Assembly (NCBI GenBank): GCA_009914755.4
Contig: CP068257.2
Location: 37,984,001 to 38,048,000 of the forward strand
From: the human T2T-CHM13v2.0 reference genome, Homo sapiens
Reading direction: 5' to 3'
Length of the DNA: 64,000 nt
Shown here: positions 56,034 to 64,000 of the stretch, one piece after another
How the letters are laid out: each line of letters opens with the position of its first letter
Numbering within the stretch: the first letter of the stretch is position 1
Program-made: the position numbers and the translations under genes
Notes under the pieces: generated by a model
Databases searched by the model: none
The model's input: only the letters and a program-made list of their open reading frames with translations
What the model was told of the DNA's origin: nothing

Positions 56034-56122
56034 GGCCAGGGGTAGGTCCAGGTCTGATGGGGTCTGAAGCTTATACAATTGGGGTGGGGGGCATTCCTCT
56101 TTAAGGAAAAGAAAACAGCAGA
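56034..56122 (+). other. Candidate short exon about 4.9 kb upstream of the coding exon
   Basis: Consensus donor GCAGAG|GTGAGTCG at 56122/56123 and an upstream AG after a pyrimidine run (attctctctgcttgag|GCC) near 56033. The context is unique and non-repetitive. Confidence 0.3.
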
Positions 56123-58110
56123 GGTGAGTCGTCCTGCAGCTTAGCTTCACTAGTCTCGTGGAAAATTTGCCTCCTAAAATGTCTTTCCTCTGAGAAAGCC
56201 CAGGCCTCCAAAGGCCCAGCCAGGCTGGCGTCAGTCTGGGGTCAGCTGCGGGGAGGCTCCAGGCCATGTGTGACACAGGAGTTTACCCCATCCCAGTTTC
56301 CAGTGGAGAAGCATCGTTCTCGTCCACCCCCGTCATGCTCTTTTCCACCTTCTCCAGGGGAAGGGATATTTTCAGTCTGTACAACGAATCCACTGAAATG
56401 TTAAGGTGGGCACAGTGGTCTGGGGTCTTCGACCTTGTTTATACGTGGTGCCTGTTACTGGTCGGGTCTGTACAGGCAGTTTCCACTGGCGTTTTTTACC
56501 AGGCCAGCCTAGAGTAGAATGACCGCATGTTAAAATATAGATTCCTGGGCCCCAGACCTGCCAGAATCTCTGTGAGATGGAACCTTTCAACCTGGGTTTT
56601 AAACAAGCCTCCCGGGTGATTCTGACACTCACTGGATTTGAGAACCGTGGGGTTGTTCAGACAGCAGGGACGTTGATGTTGTTCCTTCTGCGTTCCTGGT
56701 GATGCTGTTCTGTTCTCCCAAGGCCTGTGCGGTGGTGAGAATCTCCAAGGATACAAGACAGTGATCTGGAGCGAGTGTCCTGAAAGCAGACTCTAGCACT
56801 CAGGACTGCCAACACCCTCCCCGGGTTTCCTTGGTCTGGAATTCCCATCCCCTGGTTCCACCTGTTACATCACACCTCCCCTTCAAGGACCAGTGCAGAT
56901 GCCATGTCCTTCACGGGGCTCAGAATGCTCACCAGCTTCCTCTCCACCGAGGGCCACAGCCCCTGGAGACCCCTTGAGCTGAGTGCTTTGTCCTTGCATA
57001 CTCTTTCTGGCCTCATAGTGGGGCTTGGCCATTGTCCCTTCACTCCAGATCTCTCCTTTCAGATCCAGGAAGTGCATCTTGAACTTAACTTTCCAGACCC
57101 TCCCTTCAGTTTTCCAGTCCTTAGAGAGGTGGACTTCTGATTCCTTTGTCTCTGTGCCCTGTAGCCTCAGGTCAGGCTTAAGGCAAGGTCTCCTCACCTG
57201 GCCTGGGGAGAGTCCCAGGACGCTGCACGTGCCTGTGCGGGTAGGATGCTGATGCCCAGATTTCCCGTTAGAGAGCCTTTCCCTATCCTGACGGCTCTAG
57301 CTTTGTGTGTTACTTACTTGTTCCACTTTAATTCAAAATGTACCCAGCAACCAGCTTGTGCACAGTTCTCTGGGGTTTCAGGAGGGATGTAAGACATACC
57401 CCTTGCCCTTCAGGCACTATGGCCAGAAGGGGGGCAGTGACCTAGGCAGAGGGCGGGAGCCAGCAGATGGGATACACTCAGAGGAGCCTGCAGCAGGCAG
57501 AGGCAGAGGAGAAGGGAGGTCTACACGTTCTGCACTGTATTTATCTCCTTCAGTTCCAAGGTTCTCTCCTGGCATCTATATTGCTCATGAGTTACAGAGC
57601 AAAGCCTGGTGTGATGGTTACTTTTAGGTGTCAACTTGGCTGGATTAATAAATACCTAGAGAACTGGTAAAGCATTATTTCTGGGTGTGTTTGTGAAGGT
57701 GTTTCCAGAGGAGATTGGCTGTGAGTCAGTGGGCTGAGTGGGGAGGAGCTGCCCTCCATGTGGGCAGGCACCATCCATTGACTGGGCCCAGATAGAACAA
57801 GAAGGCAGAAGAAATGTGAATTCCTCTTTCTCTGCTGGAGCTGGGATATTCTTCTTCTCCTGCCCTTGGACATCAGAGCTGCAGGCTCTCTGGCCTTTGG
57901 ACCCGAGGATTTATACCAAGCAGGTTTCTGGGTTCTCAGGCCTTTGGCCTTGGACTGATAGTTACACCATTGGCATATCTGGTTCTGAGGCTCTTGGTCT
58001 TGGACTGAGCCACACTCCTGGCATCCCAGCGTCTCCAGCTTGCATGGCCTGTCACGGTATTTCCCAACCTCCGTAATCACGCTAGCCAATTCTTCTAAGA
58101 AATTTCTTCT

Positions 58111-58212
58111 CATCTATCTGTCTATCTATCTATCTGTCTACCTACCGACTTACCTACCTACCTGCCTATCTATCTTTTGATTAATCTACCTATCAATCTT
58201 TCTATCTATCCA
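58111..58212. repeat. (TATC)n/(TACC)n tetranucleotide microsatellite
   Basis: catctatctgtctatctatctatctgtctacctaccgacttacctacctacctgcctatctatc... Confidence 0.9.
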
Positions 58213-59030
58213 TAACCTGTTGATTCGATCTCTCTAGAGAACCCTGACTAATACACCTGGAGTGCAGAATCTGCTGGAGAAACTGCCATTCCGTTATTGA
58301 CTGGCTGGTCAGGCCATACAGCCTGGTGGTCTAGATGTGTTTGGAGGTAGGGCTTCCGTAGCACAGATAGTGCCTGTTCATGGCTCTGTCCCAGGTAAGG
58401 CAGAGCTAGCTTGTGCTGAGGGCTTCTGCTTTGCAGCTGGCCTGGGGTGGCTAGGATCTGGGGACACAGGCTGCCCTTTCCAGGCTCTGTCTGCTGGTGC
58501 TGCAGGTGCCCCTACCTCCTCCTTCAGTGGAAGGCTGGCCCCCAGGTCCTCTTTAGGCCCAATACAGACTCAGCCAAAGATGCAGATGTCTCATATATGA
58601 GGATTCTGAGCTGTGACTTCTGGTGGTAACTCCACTTTAGGCAGGAAAAATGTTCAACTGCCCATGAAAACAAATGACCCCGGGTCATTTGGGTTTGGCA
58701 CCTGCTCTGCCAGTTGGGTTTGGCACCTGCTCTGCCTCCTGGGAAACAGTTTGGCCAATGCACTGCATGAGGTGAGCGCCCATCCCTGGGAATTTAGAGC
58801 CCTGTGAAGGGTCCTGAGGAGAGGCACATCAGAGAGAATGAGAATTTAAGGTTTACTGTTAAAGCAACCCATAGAAAAGGAGCAGAATTATTCAAGCAAG
58901 GAAACAAAGTAGAAAAATATCTTCTTTCCCTTGCACTTGGTTTTTATGTTTCTCTCTAAAATGTATTGTGGGGGAGAAAGCAGTCCCCCAACCCCCCTAA
59001 TCAGCTGCATATCTTAGCCATGCAAATAAA

Positions 59031-59122
59031 TAATGAAAGAGAGAAAGAAGGAGAGAAAGAGAAAGAAAAGTAAAGGAAGGAAGGAGAGAAGGAAGGAAAG
59101 AAAGAAAAGAAAGAAAGAAACT
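59031..59122. repeat. (GAAA/GGAA)n polypurine microsatellite
   Basis: aatgaaagagagaaagaaggagagaaagagaaagaaaagtaaaggaaggaaggagagaaggaaggaaagaaagaaaagaaagaaagaaac. Confidence 0.9.
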
Positions 59123-59411
59123 TTGCAGCATCCTGGAGCACCAGTTCAGACAAGTTCTGGTCTCCTGCTTGCCTTCTGCTGTGATTTCTCTGAAGTTGCT
59201 GGGGGCAGGAGCTGGGCAGGAACTCCCCAGGGGTGCCAAGCAGAGCAGGTAGTTGGCTAAGTTTGCCTCCAGGAAAGAAGTCTCTGGAGAGCGAGCTGGT
59301 TCTAGAAAGCTCCATTATTATTTCATGTTGCTTTTGGCGAATATATGTAGAACAGAATTTTGACAATGAAATTTTCAGGTGCTCTTTTGGCCATCAAAAT
59401 AACCAGCTCTT

Positions 59412-59721
59412 GGCTGGGCACAGTGGCTTGCCCTTGTAATTCCAGTGTTTTGGGAGGCCAAGGCAGGGGACTGCGTGAGCCCAGGAGTTTGAGACTAGCC
59501 TGGGCAACATAGTGAAACCCCATCTCTACAAAAAATACAAAGTTAGAAGAGTATGGTGGCATGCGCCTGTGGTCACAGCTACTTGGGAAGCTGTGACCCA
59601 AGTCACAGGAGGATCGCTTGAGCCCAGGAGTTCAGGGCTGTAGTGAGCTATGATTGTGCTACTGTGCTCCAGCCTGGGAGACAGAGTGACATCAGGTCTC
59701 TGAAATATTAAAATTAAAAAG
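59412..59721 (+). mobile_element. Alu SINE, full length
   Basis: ggctgggcacagtggcttgcccttgtaattccagtgttttgggaggccaaggcagg ... gcctgggagacagagtgacatcaggtctctgaaatattaaaattaaaaag. Confidence 0.9.
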
Positions 59722-61011
59722 CCCAAACCAACTCTGCTTTTCACTCTTTCAGTTTCATTTCTTGCTGTCCTCTCTGTCCTCTCACCCAGGGTAACATTTT
59801 TAAAGTGCCGCTATTGTGTTAAGAATTGGATTTATTCTCTGTGTTAAATTCTCTCAGCATTAACTACAGACTCTGTTATGTAAATAAGGTAAATTATCAG
59901 GATGAGAAGTGAGACTCTAATTTATGAGTTTATCATGTCTCTTTAAAAAGCTGCTAGGTGCTATCCTAACTTATTAGGCTTGAAGGATTCTGGGGGATTG
60001 GCATATTGTTACTGTTGTGGACTTTGTTTGCCTTGATCATACCCATTTTACAGATGAGAAAAGTGAGGCTGGGATTGGGGCTCAAATGCGTGCTCAGAGT
60101 CACATAAGTAGGTTGGAAGGTGACGCTACAGACATGGTAAATTGTGAAGGCCTGCTGGTAAGGCACGAGTGATTTGAATGACACTCTTTTTTTTTTTTTC
60201 CTAGTGATTCCTGTCAGAATCACCATTTTTGGTAAACAAACCAAGCCCAGAACCTGATAATTATGGAGCATTCTACACTGACAGTTCTTTGAGACAAATT
60301 TCCTCTTGGCATTTACACTGTGGCTTTAGCTTTCAAACCAGAGGTTCCTCTTACCCAGCAAAAAGTGAGTTATACGCTTTCTTAATGTTATAACGTTACC
60401 ATGGATGATCCTGAACTTGCCGAGGATAGCAGAGACGGGTGGGCAGAACAGGAAAGAATCAGATCAGAGACTGTAAAAAGTAACTTAAAAAAAAATAATT
60501 CTGGCAGAGACAGAATTTGAAGGTACTTGTGCACATCAGAACACTGGACTTGCTTTTTTCTGGGAGCAGGAATGCTGCTTAATTAGATCAGAGAAGAATG
60601 CAAGTGGTCCATACATTTAGATCTACAATGCGTGGTTTCCAGACCTGCAGCTTGTTTTGCTGCGCTTCATCATGGAGTCATAGAAGGGCAGAGCTGGAGG
60701 ACCGAGTGAGGGACCTGGTGCCATATCCCTACAGACAGGCAATTGGAGACTCCCGTAGGTTAAGGGCTGCAGAGCCTGGACCAATGCCCAGAATCTCTGA
60801 GCTTTTTATCTTACACCATGAAGTGACAGATGCTGGCAGATGTTAGACCTTTGTGCTTAACTGTTTAACCACACAGCACCCGACTTCTGTATGCAGCGAG
60901 GTTCTAGAGTTTCCAAAACACGGGTCTCCTCTCCCACCTCAGCCTCCTAGCATAAAACTAGACACATCCTCATGCTTTTGAGGTCTAATCATTGGATTTT
61001 GTTCCTTTCAG

Positions 61012-61944
61012 ATGGCTTTCCCGAAGATGAGATTGATGTATATTTGCCTTCTGGTTCTGGGGGCTCTTTGTTTGTATTTTAGCATGTACAGTCTAAATCC
61101 TTTCAAAGAACAGTCCTTTGTTTACAAGAAAGACGGGAACTTCCTTAAGCTCCCAGATACAGACTGCAGGCAGACACCTCCCTTCCTCGTCCTGCTGGTG
61201 ACCTCATCCCACAAACAGTTGGCTGAGCGCATGGCCATCCGGCAGACGTGGGGGAAAGAGAGGACGGTGAAGGGAAAGCAGCTGAAGACATTCTTCCTCC
61301 TGGGGACCACCAGCAGTGCAGCGGAAACAAAAGAGGTGGACCAGGAGAGCCAGCGACACGGGGACATTATCCAGAAGGATTTCCTAGACGTCTATTACAA
61401 TCTGACCCTGAAGACCATGATGGGCATAGAATGGGTCCATCGCTTTTGTCCTCAGGCGGCGTTTGTGATGAAAACAGACTCAGACATGTTCATCAATGTT
61501 GACTATCTGACTGAACTGCTTCTGAAGAAAAACAGAACAACCAGGTTTTTCACTGGCTTCTTGAAACTCAATGAGTTTCCCATCAGGCAGCCATTCAGCA
61601 AGTGGTTTGTCAGTAAATCTGAATATCCGTGGGACAGGTACCCACCATTCTGCTCCGGCACCGGCTACGTGTTTTCTGGCGACGTGGCGAGTCAGGTGTA
61701 CAATGTCTCCAAGAGCGTCCCATACATTAAACTGGAAGACGTGTTTGTGGGGCTCTGCCTCGAAAGGCTGAACATCAGATTGGAGGAGCTCCACTCCCAG
61801 CCGACCTTTTTTCCAGGGGGCTTACGCTTCTCCGTATGCCTCTTCAGGAGGATCGTGGCCTGCCACTTCATCAAGCCTCGGACTCTCTTGGACTACTGGC
61901 AGGCTCTAGAGAATTCCCGGGGGGAAGATTGTCCGCCTGTCTGA
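61012..61944 (+). CDS. B3GALT5: Beta-1,3-galactosyltransferase 5, complete 310-aa coding region in a single exon
   Basis: The 933-nt ORF starts with ATG immediately after a consensus 3' splice site (ttttgttcctttcag|ATGGCT, AG at 61010-61011) and stops at TGA 61942-61944. Residues 7-28 are a hydrophobic stretch (RLMYICLLVLGALCLYFSMYSL), which is the N-terminal signal anchor of a type-II Golgi protein. GT31/beta3GalT family motifs are visible: IRQTWG, FLLG, DVYYNLTLKT, a DxD-type motif (KTDSDMF), EDVFVGLC, and N-glycosylation sequons NLT/NRT/NVS. I recognise the N-terminus MAFPKMRLMYICLLVLGALCLYF and the overall sequence as human B3GALT5. Confidence 0.93.
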   Translation: MAFPKMRLMYICLLVLGALCLYFSMYSLNPFKEQSFVYKKDGNFLKLPDTDCRQTPPFLVLLVTSSHKQLAERMAIRQTWGKERTVKGKQLKTFFLLGTTSSAAETKEVDQESQRHGDIIQKDFLDVYYNLTLKTMMGIEWVHRFCPQAAFVMKTDSDMFINVDYLTELLLKKNRTTRFFTGFLKLNEFPIRQPFSKWFVSKSEYPWDRYPPFCSGTGYVFSGDVASQVYNVSKSVPYIKLEDVFVGLCLERLNIRLEELHSQPTFFPGGLRFSVCLFRRIVACHFIKPRTLLDYWQALENSRGEDCPPV

Positions 61945-63890
61945 GGGGAGCCCAGAGGCACATCCGGACAAGTTTCAGATAACCCGTGGGGATAGTTTTT
62001 GCTAGATTTTGGAAGAGGGGGCGGGACAGAGGATGCTGTTCTTCAGTGCTGAAATCCACGCCAGAATGTCGGTGTTCATGAAGTCACTGATTAGTTCCCA
62101 CTTGGTGCCCCAGGCAATAATAGGCCCGTCTCTTGGGCACGCACACTCTTCATACTAAGTGTTTGACATACACCTGGATTTTTGCATTTCAGGGGTCAGT
62201 ATCCTATGACATGATGGGTGTTACCATCCTAATTTTACAGGCAAGGACACAGCAGCTGCGAGAGGTACAGAAACTTGTCCCAAGGCTCACAGCCAGTAGG
62301 CATAGGAGCGGGAATGAAAATCGAGCACTGTCAGAATCTGGTGGGCAGCCCCTGACTTGAACCACTCCCACGTGCTGCCTCCCTTAGGAGGGGACACTGA
62401 TGATGAGGTCTCGGAGCCGGCATCCTTCCATCCCTGTCGAGTCCCCTCCACCTCAGCTCCCAGTCCTTGTGCTTTTTGGAGCTAAGCCTGGGATGACCAA
62501 ATTCACCCCAGCTCCTTCATTCACAGGGCTGGATGTAGCTGGGATTGAGTCCATGTTATCGGCTCGGTACTCAACACAACCCAAGTTTCATCCGAGGAAA
62601 TGTCCCCGCAGTGGATGCAGCTCACATGCTGAGGAACACCCAGCTCTGGACAGAGTTCTTATAAATGTATAAATTAGGCTCAGAAACCACTGCATTCTGA
62701 CCTGCTGTACAGACTGCCCACACTGCTGACCTGCCTAGCAAGCAGGACATCCCTTCTGAGCCATCTGCTGCTCTCTCATTTCATCACCCCAACTGTCCCT
62801 TGTTTTTGATCAATGGGGACCAGCCACTGCCCCAGGAGCACTTTAGGGCTCTCAGTTCAAACTGAAGGACAGTTGAACTCAGATGGGGTTCATGTGGGAT
62901 TCTGGGAGCTTTCTGGGAATTCAGTTGGAGTCAAGTCAGGATGCTCTCAAGGACCCCTCGGGCTCAGAGCCCTAAAGTGGGCCCTGGTGAAGCAGGGTGG
63001 TCCTGCGTCCACTTCCCAAGCCTGAGCCAAGCTCATCTTCATTGAATGTCTCATTTGGCCGAGGAACAACTGAACTTTGTGGTTTGCTGTTTAGCCTTCA
63101 GTTTGCTCCGCTGCCTCCTACCCAGAGGTTTGTGCGAGCCTGTGTTGCAGGGTTGTATAAAACCAAGGTACTTCGTTAGTTTTGCCCATTCAGCCATGGT
63201 CACGTGACATGCAAAGTAATCTTGCTCCTAATTATAGAAATGATTTTTCTTTTAATTTTTTACTTTACCAGACTTTACTTTGTACTCAGAGAAGAGGCCT
63301 CACATGGCTGTGTCACATATAAATGTTGGACTAAACTCTTACTTGAACTCAGGAAAAGTTACTTGCTGCAAAATGGTTTTGACCATGTTCAATTGCAAAA
63401 GTACGTCTGATATCCTATTTTGCATACCATTTCTTGTGTTTGGATTAAGCTGCTTCTTTGTAGATGTGTTTCCTCATCCTGGCTGCTCTGAACGCACTGG
63501 GTCATGTTCAGAAAAGCCTCCTTCTCAGGTGGAAAAAATCAGGGACTGAGCTTGTCTTTTGAAGCCCAAATTTAAGAGCCACGCCTCTCGGTTCCATAGG
63601 ATGGGCCGCCTCTCATTCTGAAGATGACTGTGCTTTGAGGGAGAAGTCGTCTGTTTGGCAGTAGGCCTGCGTCTGTGTTTCGTGGTCTACCTTGTCAGGT
63701 GTGTGTCTGTGTGGCCACTGGTCTCAGTCGGCGAGGCCGGTCCAGCTGCTGCCTCTGTGTGACTGGCTTTGGGTCTGGCCTTCACAGCATCAGCTCACAG
63801 CCCACAGCTCCAGGGACAAATGAGGACAGGCGTGGGCTCTCCCTACTGCTTCTGTGTGTTCTTAAAGGATTTTCTTTGAGACCCATTGTT

Positions 63891-63947
63891 TCCCCTCCCC
63901 TCCCCTCCCCTCCCATCCCCTTCCCTCTTCTTTTCTTTTCTTTTTTT
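63891..63947. repeat. (CCCCT)n then (TTTC)n pyrimidine tract
   Basis: cccctcccctcccctcccctcccatccccttccctcttcttttcttttcttttttt. Confidence 0.85.
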
Positions 63948-64000
63948 CTGACAGGGTCTCACCCTGTCACCCAAGCTGGAGCGTAGTGGCCTGATCTCGC
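63941..64000 (-). mobile_element. Alu SINE start, cut by the window end
   Basis: tttttttctgacagggtctcaccctgtcacccaagctggagcgtagtggcctgatctcgc. Confidence 0.85.

Noticed and set aside
61945-64000. Searched for a polyadenylation signal (AATAAA/ATTAAA) terminating the B3GALT5 3'UTR.
   Set aside because: No convincing hexamer followed by a GU-rich element was seen in the 2 kb after the stop codon. The 3'UTR probably extends beyond the window, so no terminator feature is reported.

Overview
This window is primate (human-type) nuclear genomic DNA, not a prokaryotic or phage locus. It contains 20 or more Alu SINEs, MIR fragments, L1 LINE blocks, MaLR LTRs, a Tigger DNA-transposon fragment, several tetranucleotide microsatellites and one CpG island. 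The six-frame ORF track is therefore almost entirely spurious (Alu-derived, microsatellite-derived or GC-rich artefacts). The one convincing protein-coding feature is an intact 310-codon ORF on the + strand (61012..61944). It sits directly behind a canonical 3' splice acceptor. Its product has a type-II signal anchor and the beta-1,3-galactosyltransferase (GT31) motifs, and I recognise the sequence as beta-1,3-galactosyltransferase 5 (B3GALT5, chr21q22). The rest of the window therefore reads as the long 5' intronic and UTR region of that gene. A CpG island at about 13.2-13.7 kb carries two divergent consensus splice donors about 200 bp apart, one per strand, which suggests a bidirectional promoter (a native B3GALT5 first exon plus an antisense transcript). 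Four short sequence blocks flanked by acceptor/donor consensus look like candidate non-coding 5'UTR exons. Established knowledge says B3GALT5 has an alternative retroviral LTR promoter; several sense-oriented LTRs here are candidates, but I cannot assign the exact one from sequence alone. I see no operons, CRISPR arrays, rRNA genes or novel defence or biosynthetic system. I did not find tRNA genes, although they are hard to exclude by eye. Most repeat coordinates are approximate (about +/-10 bp); the CDS, the CpG-island donor pair (13337/13538) and the candidate-exon junctions were counted to the base, with exon 32818..32890 carrying the lowest confidence.
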